Assembly: GCA_964514975.1 (NCBI GenBank)
Contig: CAZESS010000007.1
Coordinates: 1-64,000, forward strand
Direction: 5' to 3'
Length of the DNA: 64,000 nucleotides
From: an uncultured Thermoplasmatales archaeon
GTDB taxonomy: Archaea; Thermoplasmatota; E2; UBA202; DSCA01
A model generated the notes under the pieces. It ran no database searches. It was not told where the DNA came from and saw only the letters and a list, made by a program, of their open reading frames with translations. A program made the translations under genes and the position numbers. Below, piece by piece: positions 1 to 9,041 of this stretch; position 1 is the first letter of the stretch, and each line of letters begins with the position of its first letter.

Positions 1-88
1 GATCTTCGATGACTTCGCCGTATTTGACGCTGCCTGGGTCGGTGCAGGTATCGCCATTGAAGTGTAGGCAGAACTCGCACTGGACCAT
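1..88 (-). CDS. Small Cys-rich protein (5' part; runs off the window), paralogue of 32881..33063
   Basis: Reverse complement reads MVQCEFCLHFNGDTCTDPGSVKYGEVIED versus MVQCEFCLNYNGDTCTDSGGVKYGEVIED in the other copy. Confidence 0.8.
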   Translation of the reverse strand, partial: MVQCEFCLHFNGDTCTDPGSVKYGEVIED

Positions 89-188
89 ATGATTACACGA
101 GGAATGCTTATTAAAAATGGTTTCCGAACACTTGACCACATCGGGGGTTCAAGCCAAGCTCGTGGTCTAAGGAATATGACCACTAGCT
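1..188. repeat. Left copy of long inverted repeat (partner 32781..32968)
   Basis: Hand alignment of 1-170 with the reverse complement of 32799-32968 is ungapped with 21 mismatches; weaker similarity continues to 188/32781. Confidence 0.95.
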
Positions 189-293
189 AAAATTACAACC
201 ACTAAGGGCCTATGCCAAACCCGTTATTTGTTGATATAATAGCGATATATTTGTCTGGGACAAAATATTAATGTTAAGTTTTGATAAACCGAT

Positions 294-980
294 ATGGAGG
301 AATTATTGTTAATACCGTGTTGTGGGAGTAAAGTATCTGGGGGTATCATTGGAAAGCAAGGACGGAAGGTTGAAGATACTCTCGATGAGTCCTCTCGAAA
401 ACGATTAAGGGTGTTACGGAAGGAGGTTGCTGGTTCATTTGGATTCAATTTTGATGATGAGAAGCTTCCTGCTTTTAAGCGCTATTCGGGCAATTTATAT
501 GGAAAGATTTCTGATGGAACCTGGAAAATTTTGAGCCAAGATAGCGATCTTGAACTAGCGATTATTTCGGCACTATATGGGGTGATTCTATGGGATGAGT
601 ATATCATTAATTATAATGTGGCGATGGGTGATAATATTTATGCGGGGCGGAAATTGAATACGTGGTGGAGGCAGCATGGCCTTGCAGATATAGTTGCCTC
701 ATTTATCGCTAGGAAGAAAGTGAGAAGGGTGCGGTCTTTTCTCTCTGGAGATTATCGGCAGGCGGTATCTGGGCCTATGAATACCTGGGATGGTGTATGG
801 TTGCAGTATGAATATCCTGGGTTGGGATCTGGTAGCAATTATTATCGTGGGGAGGATGTGACACGGGTGATACGGGATAGGGGAATTGCATGTCCTGCGT
901 GTGCATCTCGGGAGACTCGGCGGATTGCACGGAATTCATTTGAGTGTCTGGAATGTGGAGGTACGTATGAGCCCGAGTAG
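294..980 (+). CDS. YaaA/DUF6884-like protein with C-terminal zinc ribbon
   Basis: LLIPCCGSK, LPAFKRYSGNLY and IISALYG motifs; C-terminal CPAC...CLECG. Confidence 0.65.
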   Translation: MEELLLIPCCGSKVSGGIIGKQGRKVEDTLDESSRKRLRVLRKEVAGSFGFNFDDEKLPAFKRYSGNLYGKISDGTWKILSQDSDLELAIISALYGVILWDEYIINYNVAMGDNIYAGRKLNTWWRQHGLADIVASFIARKKVRRVRSFLSGDYRQAVSGPMNTWDGVWLQYEYPGLGSGSNYYRGEDVTRVIRDRGIACPACASRETRRIARNSFECLECGGTYEPE

Positions 981-1674
981 AAAGGAAGATTTAGACCAAT
1001 TGTACGGGCTGCTATGTGAACTAGAGAGCCGTCTTAATGGAAAGCGGGTCCTTGATTCCTGCCACGGTAGAATGGGTTGGCCAGAGCGAGGTGTGTATTT
1101 TTTCTTCTCTGCGGACAAGGAACGGAATGAGGATGGCGCATTGCGGGTTACTCGTGTGGGCACCCATGCTGTGAGTAGAGGTAGTGGTACCACCTTGTGG
1201 GGTAGGCTCCGAACGCATCGTGGGCCGCTTACAGGCAAGTATCCTGATGGCGGGAATCATCGTGGCTCGATTTTTCGACTGCGGGTTGGGGAGGCACTTA
1301 GAGAGAAATATGGGTTGCATGAGGAGTATCCAGACTGGGGAAGGGGATCGAGTGCTGGCCGGGATATTAGACAGAATGAGTATGAATTAGAACAGCAGGT
1401 GAGTGCATATATCAGAGAGATGCCATTTTTGTGGGTAAAGATTGTGGATGCGCCGGCATCGACAAGCAGACGTGCATATATCGAACGAAATGCTATTGCA
1501 TTATTAAGTAATTATAACAAGCCCTCGATAGATGAGAGAGCTGGCAAGTGGCTGGGAAACTATAGCCCCGTGGTAAAGATACGAAAATCGGGCCTCTGGA
1601 ATTCAAATCATGTAGATGAAGAGTATGACCCAATGTTTCTTGATGAATTAGAACGATATATTGCTGAAATGTAG
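967..1674 (+). CDS. GIY-YIG-like nuclease
   Basis: RGVYFF...TRVG...LWGRLRTH and a downstream IE motif. The ATG at 967, overlapping the upstream gene, is preferred over 886. Confidence 0.6.
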   Translation: MSPSRKEDLDQLYGLLCELESRLNGKRVLDSCHGRMGWPERGVYFFFSADKERNEDGALRVTRVGTHAVSRGSGTTLWGRLRTHRGPLTGKYPDGGNHRGSIFRLRVGEALREKYGLHEEYPDWGRGSSAGRDIRQNEYELEQQVSAYIREMPFLWVKIVDAPASTSRRAYIERNAIALLSNYNKPSIDERAGKWLGNYSPVVKIRKSGLWNSNHVDEEYDPMFLDELERYIAEM

Positions 1675-2058
1675 ACATATGGGATTGGGGGATTGAGGTA
1701 AAGTAGTCTTAATTCTCCTTATCAGCATGTTTATGCTAGGAAGAATATGGCTTATTTGTGCGGGATGCATTGCAAATGTTAACTCAGAGCTACTCCTAAT
1801 ATTCCAAATATAAATATAAACAGGAATAAAAGTATCACCCACCAGGGTACACCTTCTTCCTCCATTATACACCTAATTCTATTTGTTTTATAAATTCTTG
1901 GGTGGTAAAACTTGAATAATAACCTCAGTCCTGCAGAAGCAATATTTGGCTTTTAAATATCATCTCAGGATTAGCTACATTCTGATTAAAATGGATTTTT
2001 ATTTGCAAAGACATAATATTTCGAAAGATACATATTGAAATAAATATATATCATATCA

Positions 2059-3129
2059 ATGGAAGTCGCTATCACAGCAGATGTACATCTTACTGACTAC
2101 GATAGCCATCCAGAAAGATACAACGCTTTAGAAGACATTTTGGAAACAATAACTAAAAAAAACAGTAGGGCTTTGATTGTTGCTGGTGATTTGTTTGATG
2201 CTTCCTCCAATAACTATGCTGACTTTGACCAGCTTGCCAGTAAATACTCAGAAATTCAATTTCATATTATCCCAGGCAATCATGACGAAACATTAAAAGA
2301 AGAAAATATACCTTCGGAAAATATTCATATTTATTCCGCACCATCCTTTGTCCCATTTGAAGGGCAAGACGAGCAATCTTTCCTATTCCTTCCATATCAG
2401 ACCGACAAGACCATGGGAGAGGCCATTGCTGAGATGCAGGATGAGTTGACTGATAATTGGATCCTGGTGGGCCATGGGGACTGGATGTCGGGGGTTGGTA
2501 CCACCAATGCATATGAACAGGGGGTCTATATGCCTCTTACTCGCCGAGATATTGACTTATTCAATCCTGTCTATGCCTTTTTAGGACACATACATAAACC
2601 TATGAAAGAAACCCATTTTTGTTATCCTGGATCGCCATGCGGAATGGACATCACTGAGACAGGCAGACGCAGATTTGTAATATACGATACATATAATAGA
2701 AAAATTGCTTCCTATCAGGTCAACACCGATATCATATATCACTCTGAAACCATTGTTCTTCTACCTCTGGAAGATGAAGAAACCCATCTGCGTGACAGGT
2801 TTACTGAAATAAAAGAGAGCTGGAATCTTACCGAAAGGGAGAAAGAGAAGACCCATATTAGAATAAAGATACGGGGGTTTACAAAAAACAAACGGCAAGT
2901 TAAAAGCATAGCAGCTGAGGAACTAGAAGATTTCAAATTTTATAATGATGAGGGTATTGACCTCTCTGAATTGTTTATGTCCGATAGTTATGAAAGGGAG
3001 GAAATTGCACAGCAGGTGAAGCAACACATCGCGGAACTGGACTGGTCAGCCAAGCATAATGAACCTGCAAAAGATGACATCTTGCTATATGCATTACGGA
3101 CAATATACGGTGAGGATTTATGGCAGTAA
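2059..3129 (+). CDS. Mre11/SbcD-family metallophosphoesterase (YhaO-like)
   Basis: ADVH, AGDLFD, PGNHD, GHG, LGHIH and YPGSP motifs. Confidence 0.9.
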   Translation: MEVAITADVHLTDYDSHPERYNALEDILETITKKNSRALIVAGDLFDASSNNYADFDQLASKYSEIQFHIIPGNHDETLKEENIPSENIHIYSAPSFVPFEGQDEQSFLFLPYQTDKTMGEAIAEMQDELTDNWILVGHGDWMSGVGTTNAYEQGVYMPLTRRDIDLFNPVYAFLGHIHKPMKETHFCYPGSPCGMDITETGRRRFVIYDTYNRKIASYQVNTDIIYHSETIVLLPLEDEETHLRDRFTEIKESWNLTEREKEKTHIRIKIRGFTKNKRQVKSIAAEELEDFKFYNDEGIDLSELFMSDSYEREEIAQQVKQHIAELDWSAKHNEPAKDDILLYALRTIYGEDLWQ

Positions 3130-5207
3130 GCATAAAAGAAATTAACATTCAAAACCTCGGACCAATCCAGGAATGCAAATGGGAACTAGGTACTCTCAAT
3201 GTGATACATGGTAAAAATGAAACGGGTAAAACCTACCTCGTAGAATTTCTCATTCGCTCTCTGTTCAAAAAACAGAATTGGCATCTCCGATCCCAGTTAG
3301 GTCGAGGAAAAATCATAGTCGAGGGACTGGGAGATACGGCCCAGTCGTTCTCGCCGTCAAGTGATACAACATTGGAAGATTATTATCCGGCTCTAGGGGA
3401 AGGCATATCGCCGGATTTATCCAATCTTCTTGTCATTAAAGGTGCTCAAGTCGAACTTGGCGCTGGGGGCGATGTGGATAGGACAATACTAAAAAAATAT
3501 TTGTCCAGTAAAAAAATTCTTGGCACCATTGAAGAAACCATTTACTATAAAACCATCCAAGATGCAAGTATCGAAGGGCACCACATCATCGCCAGCAGCC
3601 GAGGGCCTATTTCTACACGAGAAGACTTACAAACTCAACACGGAAAAATTAACGAACTTTTTGAGGAAATAAACGAAAAATATTCCGGGGGATATAGAAA
3701 ACAACTGGAGCAGCAAAAAATACAGCTTCAAGAAAAAATAACGCAGATGGAACAAGCAAAAAAACATAAGGCATATCTGCTCTCAAATCAAAAAGAAACC
3801 CTTAATCATCAACGTCAGACATACGATAAAGAGAAACTGGAATCTCTATTGCGCGATATCGAACGTTACCATGATAACAAAGACCAGCTCGAACGCACCA
3901 AAAAACGATATCAGCAAGCAGTAAAGAAAAGCAAACATTTCGAATGGCTCCAACAAGCTGCACAAGACTATGAAGCATTAATAAACAAAGTTACGACAGA
4001 GTCAACCTCTCTTGTTTATTTGCCCCTCATAATCCTGCTTTTAGCTGTTTCTGCGATTATTCTATTGTTCTATCCAATAGCCGCTCTCATTCCGATTTGT
4101 GGGGCTATCATTACGGTAATATTATACTGGCGGACTACTCGTCAGAGAGATAATAAGCCTGGAGTCCAAGATGAGATAAATAATATCGGTCGGGCTTTTG
4201 AAGAAAAATTGGGGGAGCCATTGACAGATGTTTCTCAGCTCAAAAATGAAATGGAAAATCAGAAGGAAGCATATCATCAGACACAGATGCTTGAATCAGA
4301 AGTAGAAGAGACTCAAAGGGACGTACACCAGTTGAAAAGACAAATTTGCGACAGTATTAAAACTATTACTGGCGAAGACGTTGAACTAGGTCAATGGAAA
4401 AGCGCCGTTGAAGAACAGTTGGCAGAATTAAAGAATCTCGATGACCAGATTAACGCACTTCATAACCAGCTTTTACAATTAGATGTTGACGAAACAGATT
4501 ATGTTGAAGAAGAACAACCGGCTGAATACGACCAAGCAGAATATGAGACATTAAAGCGCAAACTTCAGGACATAGAAGGCAGGATTGAAGATACAGATTA
4601 CGCTTTATCCTCGCTCAGGGATAGAATTCGGGATGTTACCGGTGATGATGTATCCGCTTCGTGGGAAACTCTCATACAGCATTTGAGAGAGAAACGCAAT
4701 GACATAATTCAGCGGTACAAGCATGTGACAGCAAAGATTGTCGGGCAAATCGCAGTAATGGACGTTCTCAAAGAGTTTAGAAAGCAGGAGGATAAAAAAA
4801 TCGTTGATAATATTCAAAGCGAGGTGGTAAGAAGACCTCTATATGAGGTTACTCAGCGTTACACTGACTATAAACTTGATGATAACACATTATATGTCAG
4901 CAATGACATCGAGGAATTTTCGTTGAATGAGTTGAGCACTGGCGCGCAAGAGCAGGTCTTTCTGGCGTTGCGTATGGGCTTTTGCTCGCGGATGTTGAAG
5001 AACCAATCTGCCTTTTTTATTTTTGATGATGCATTCCAATACTCCGACTGGGACCGACGAGAGTTGCTCATAGACAAGGCTGTTGATCTTGCTACCAATG
5101 GATGGCAGATTATCTACTTCACTATGGATGACCATATCAAACAATTGTTCGATCGCTCTGGAGCAAGCCTCGGTGACCAGTATAAGTCTTTCGAGCTAAC
5201 AATCTAG
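3120..5207 (+). CDS. Rad50/SbcC-like coiled-coil ABC ATPase (YhaN-like) with a hydrophobic hairpin
   Basis: Walker A GKNETGKT, signature LSTG, Walker B FIFDD, long coiled coil, central hydrophobic stretch; overlaps the upstream gene. Confidence 0.88.
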   Translation: MAVSIKEINIQNLGPIQECKWELGTLNVIHGKNETGKTYLVEFLIRSLFKKQNWHLRSQLGRGKIIVEGLGDTAQSFSPSSDTTLEDYYPALGEGISPDLSNLLVIKGAQVELGAGGDVDRTILKKYLSSKKILGTIEETIYYKTIQDASIEGHHIIASSRGPISTREDLQTQHGKINELFEEINEKYSGGYRKQLEQQKIQLQEKITQMEQAKKHKAYLLSNQKETLNHQRQTYDKEKLESLLRDIERYHDNKDQLERTKKRYQQAVKKSKHFEWLQQAAQDYEALINKVTTESTSLVYLPLIILLLAVSAIILLFYPIAALIPICGAIITVILYWRTTRQRDNKPGVQDEINNIGRAFEEKLGEPLTDVSQLKNEMENQKEAYHQTQMLESEVEETQRDVHQLKRQICDSIKTITGEDVELGQWKSAVEEQLAELKNLDDQINALHNQLLQLDVDETDYVEEEQPAEYDQAEYETLKRKLQDIEGRIEDTDYALSSLRDRIRDVTGDDVSASWETLIQHLREKRNDIIQRYKHVTAKIVGQIAVMDVLKEFRKQEDKKIVDNIQSEVVRRPLYEVTQRYTDYKLDDNTLYVSNDIEEFSLNELSTGAQEQVFLALRMGFCSRMLKNQSAFFIFDDAFQYSDWDRRELLIDKAVDLATNGWQIIYFTMDDHIKQLFDRSGASLGDQYKSFELTI

Positions 5208-5236
5208 AGCAACTTGTATAGCACGATACTTTTTTA

Positions 5237-5929
5237 TCAACCAAATTTTTCGATGATATGCTTCAATTCAGATGGATGATTGATTGTATAGTGGGCAGAG
5301 TTTGTACAATTCTCAAAATAGTTACGATCACCATAGGCGGCATATACTGTAGTTAACCCAAGTTTATTGCCAGGTTCGATGTCCCGTTGCAAGCTGTCCC
5401 CTACGAGTAGTGTGTTCTCAGGCTGCACACCGAGTTTTTGCATCACATAATTAAACGGGGCGCTGGCTGGCTTTTTATCTCCTACTTCTTCGCTTGATAC
5501 CACGATATCAAAATATGGGAGAAGATCCGTTTTTTCTAACCGTTGTCGCGCCCTTATAATCGTTGCATCTGTTAGCAATCCGAGTTTGATTCCTAGTTGT
5601 TTCAGATGGCTCAGCATATGTTTTATTCCTTCGTAGGGTTTTAGTGTGTCAAGTTTTTTTGTTTCATAGAGGTCTACGCATTGTTTGTAGACAGCGTCGG
5701 TATGAAGGTTTTTGTCTCTGAGATAGTCAGCGATGTTTTCTGGGTTTTCGATGCCTTTGCCGTTTTTCATGAAATAATTGAGAAGTTCTTGATGATCCTG
5801 GGCGTCTAGGTGATTGACGATTGCTTTACATGCCTGTATTTTTGTTTCTATGAAGTCGAACAGGGTATTGTCCATATCGAAAATGATGGCTTTTATTGAG
5901 GTATGTTGAGGGTTTGTAGCTTTCGGCAT
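5237..5929 (-). CDS. HAD-superfamily hydrolase/phosphatase
   Basis: FDMDNTL motif I, KKP, VGDSLQRD motif IV. Confidence 0.9.
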   Translation of the reverse strand: MPKATNPQHTSIKAIIFDMDNTLFDFIETKIQACKAIVNHLDAQDHQELLNYFMKNGKGIENPENIADYLRDKNLHTDAVYKQCVDLYETKKLDTLKPYEGIKHMLSHLKQLGIKLGLLTDATIIRARQRLEKTDLLPYFDIVVSSEEVGDKKPASAPFNYVMQKLGVQPENTLLVGDSLQRDIEPGNKLGLTTVYAAYGDRNYFENCTNSAHYTINHPSELKHIIEKFG

Positions 5930-6912
5930 AATTTGAGGTGTTTCATAAACTGATTTGCTTTTTCATTGTCAAGTAAACGAAGCTTGAGTTCGGTTGCTCT
6001 GTTCACTGTTTTACCGCGGTATTCTCCGAATATTATAGCGGAGTTAAGTTTGATGAACCCAAAGATAACAGCAGTGGTATATAGAAGTTTAATCATGTGA
6101 CGGTGAGAGCACTGATCAACCTTGAGGGTGTGAGGTGCTTCAAAGAGGAAGTATTCGAGAGTTTCCGTGTCGCAGAGGTCGGCCATGGCGTCATCAGCGG
6201 TGAGGAGCACGGGGAGCATATCTTGCTCCTTTTCTTTTTGGCGGAGGGTTTTTACGATGATTTCGTCATTGTGTCTGGTATCGGATGAGGAAGGTTCAGT
6301 GCCTTTAATGGCGATGCTTTTTCCGGCTATGCTTTGGTATTCTTGTTTAGCAAGGTATGCTGCCAGTCTTGACTTTTTTGTTTTTCCGTTATATAATTCT
6401 TCGAAAAGATGCTTGTTATAGGGAGTTTGTTGTTTGAGGGAGATGATGTTGTTGTGAGTATACTTGTAGTTGAGAGCTGCAGTTATCTCATTTTTGACGG
6501 TGTCGATAGTAAGTAGTTCAGGGCTTGCTAATGGTCTATCATGGGCAGATAGAAAACGGTAGTAGTAGAGATTGGTGTCGAGACAAAAAGTAACTTGTTT
6601 TTTCAGGTGACGATAGCTTTTTAGATTTTTATAAAATTCGGTGACGTTGGTATAGTCTTGTATTCCACTGGCGAGCATACAGGTGCGAAGATCGCTATAG
6701 GATGGCATATCTTCGTAGAGATCGGTAAATGGCGTTTTTCCGTCATCGAATTGTTCAGGTGAGCTGTCCAGAGAAAGTTCGTAGCCGGTGTCTACTGGTT
6801 TCGCTGTTAAGATAGTGAAGCCATACGGTGGATAGGAAATTTGGAGCCGTTTAGGATATAGATTCAGTAAAATCTGCAGTTCTGCTGGCTCAATAGTAAT
6901 TTCAGTTGTCAT
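5893..6912 (-). CDS. PIN-domain ribonuclease
   Basis: CLDTN...E...D...LLTADD acidic PIN pattern. Confidence 0.8.
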   Translation of the reverse strand: MTTEITIEPAELQILLNLYPKRLQISYPPYGFTILTAKPVDTGYELSLDSSPEQFDDGKTPFTDLYEDMPSYSDLRTCMLASGIQDYTNVTEFYKNLKSYRHLKKQVTFCLDTNLYYYRFLSAHDRPLASPELLTIDTVKNEITAALNYKYTHNNIISLKQQTPYNKHLFEELYNGKTKKSRLAAYLAKQEYQSIAGKSIAIKGTEPSSSDTRHNDEIIVKTLRQKEKEQDMLPVLLTADDAMADLCDTETLEYFLFEAPHTLKVDQCSHRHMIKLLYTTAVIFGFIKLNSAIIFGEYRGKTVNRATELKLRLLDNEKANQFMKHLKLCRKLQTLNIPQ

Positions 6913-7415
6913 GGTTCCGCCCGATGGTATTCTTCCATGAAATCTCGAAGGTGTTGTATTCGTAAGGGAAGCATCATATAGGGTTTAGCTGCATTTTCGA
7001 GAGAAGCTATGTCCAGGTAGAAAATATTATTGACACCGATACGGACCGCCGGGATCAGCGCCGCGGTCACCAAGGCTTTTCGGCCAGGGGTCACATCTAT
7101 AGAGATGTGCCAGTTGTCCTGTTTATGTTCTTGTACCAATTTGAAGAACTGATCCCCAATTTTGTTGAAGTTTCCTGTGGCAACCATGGAACCTATTGTG
7201 CTTTCACAGTTAAAAGTGCTTCCAACACAGCCAATGGCTTCAGTGGCTGTATCGAGATACTCTGTATATTGTTCTTCGGCTACAACAATTATTTTTTCGG
7301 GCGTGATCGAGGTTTCTTGAAGGACCGCATAATAGGAGTTGACCAGCGCCCATATACTCCGCCCAAGGATGGTGATGTAGACGCTTTCCGATTTTTCTTG
7401 CTCCGTTTGGGTCAT
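6909..7415 (-). CDS. Stand-alone CARF-like domain protein
   Basis: N-terminal ITILGRS and IDVTPGRK match CARF motifs I and II; 168 aa with no effector domain. Confidence 0.75.
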   Translation of the reverse strand: MTQTEQEKSESVYITILGRSIWALVNSYYAVLQETSITPEKIIVVAEEQYTEYLDTATEAIGCVGSTFNCESTIGSMVATGNFNKIGDQFFKLVQEHKQDNWHISIDVTPGRKALVTAALIPAVRIGVNNIFYLDIASLENAAKPYMMLPLRIQHLRDFMEEYHRAEP

Positions 7416-9028
7416 AGTTTGATGGGTTCTCCCTGCTGTGCAATGACTACATCTGAGTCAACATCTTTGAATGCCTCTGGATGCTCTGTATGTATCGGGA
7501 TGACGATGTCTGGGTGGATGTCGTGTATCATTTCTTTTATTTCGATGCCCGAGGCATGCCCTGATGCATGAAAATGGTTGAGTTGGCTGTCAGCATCATC
7601 AAGCAGGCCGAACTGCGACAGCCAGTTTTTTAGTTTTTGCTCGTCAATCGCCATCTCGTCATTGAAGGGCTCGCAGTGCGCTCTAATGTAGGTGCTATCA
7701 TCTGGGGGGCCAAGGTCGAACAGTTCGTTCATGTCATAAAATGATGCCATTACAATATAGTCGCCAGGGTTTTGCTTTATATCATAGGCTCGTATTCCAT
7801 TATAATAATGTCTGAGCGCCTGATTGATCAGATCGTGGTCTCCCTGGGTTCGAGCTTTTTTTAGCTCGTTGCATCCCCATTCGGCATGGTAGCCCAAATG
7901 ATACATGTCATGTGAATAGTCGCTTTTTGCATACAACATACTTCTCGTTCTTTTTAGATAGCAACCCATGTTTTCATATGCCTCAATAGAGCTAAATTGG
8001 TGTGGTAGCTCTTTAGATAGGTGCCAGAGCAGGTATGCCAGTTTGGGGTTCACCACTAATGTTCGGCCTGTTAGCTCCGCTACGTTTTTTAATGTTTCAA
8101 ACCGAGTGGTATCCTTCCAACCGAAATCAACAATAGCGAGGCCGTCCTTTTGTTCAATCATCTTCTGCATATCTTCTTCTACCCCTAGTTCGTCATCCCG
8201 TGCCTCTTTATCGATTCTGGTTCCTTCACACAGCAAAATATCTACAGGGGCATCTTGGATAAACAATTTGAAAGCCTTGGTTCTTTCCATAAAGCGTCCG
8301 TGAAATCTGATGTCGCCTGTATACAGCAGCCGTGTACCATCTGAAGTTACAATATAGAATGCGCTTGCCCCTGGCACGCTATGATCAACGGGAAGCATGC
8401 GGACCTGTAGAGTTCCAATGGAAATTGGCTCTTTGGATTCTATGGGCCGTATATCTCGTGGGCGTGGTTCTTCTGTTTTTATGCGAGGCTCATCAGGAAA
8501 CGTGGATCGCTCGGATGTATGGGCTATTATTCTCTTTTTTATTTGGTAGAACTCGTTTTCTATGCCGCTGCGGGAGACATCAGAGATCGCTTGTAGCATA
8601 ACCTTGGTGATTGGAGAGCAGTAGATGGGTATCTCGGGGTCTAGATAGGAAATATATTGGTAGTGATCTGCATGTGCATGGCTCAGGAGCACAGCGTCAA
8701 GGTAGGGCTTTCCTTCCTTTTTTTTGTAATCTTGGTAGCTTTGTATGTCACAGGTCCAATATTCAGGGCAATCGTAGTCAGCAATCACATCCTCTGCTAT
8801 ATCGATGAGATCGTCTCGGTAAATGCCATCAACCGCCGGGAGCATGCCTAGCTGTAGAAGATCACGCAGGCAGGAATTGGTTCGTGGCTGCAAAAACTCG
8901 TCAAAATACGCGTTCTTTTGCCCGAAACTCATTCCGAAATCTAGGAAGACTCGGGTTCCATCATTTTCGAGTAAAAATTTATTACCACCGATTTCGTTTA
9001 TGCCGCCAAAACAAGTTAGTTGGACCAT
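7412..9028 (-). CDS. Metallo-beta-lactamase/beta-CASP nuclease (RNase J-like)
   Basis: GGINEIGGN, LDFG, SHAHADH, DHS, YTGD, HASGH and PIHTE motifs. Confidence 0.9.
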   Translation of the reverse strand: MVQLTCFGGINEIGGNKFLLENDGTRVFLDFGMSFGQKNAYFDEFLQPRTNSCLRDLLQLGMLPAVDGIYRDDLIDIAEDVIADYDCPEYWTCDIQSYQDYKKKEGKPYLDAVLLSHAHADHYQYISYLDPEIPIYCSPITKVMLQAISDVSRSGIENEFYQIKKRIIAHTSERSTFPDEPRIKTEEPRPRDIRPIESKEPISIGTLQVRMLPVDHSVPGASAFYIVTSDGTRLLYTGDIRFHGRFMERTKAFKLFIQDAPVDILLCEGTRIDKEARDDELGVEEDMQKMIEQKDGLAIVDFGWKDTTRFETLKNVAELTGRTLVVNPKLAYLLWHLSKELPHQFSSIEAYENMGCYLKRTRSMLYAKSDYSHDMYHLGYHAEWGCNELKKARTQGDHDLINQALRHYYNGIRAYDIKQNPGDYIVMASFYDMNELFDLGPPDDSTYIRAHCEPFNDEMAIDEQKLKNWLSQFGLLDDADSQLNHFHASGHASGIEIKEMIHDIHPDIVIPIHTEHPEAFKDVDSDVVIAQQGEPIKL

Positions 9029-9041
9029 ATTATTTCCCTCA

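Noticed and set aside
141-188. tRNA-like words (GGTTCAAGCC; GCTCGTGGTCTA...TATGAC) in the inverted repeat
   Set aside because: Order is wrong for a tRNA, no cloverleaf forms, and the second copy does not keep the pattern.
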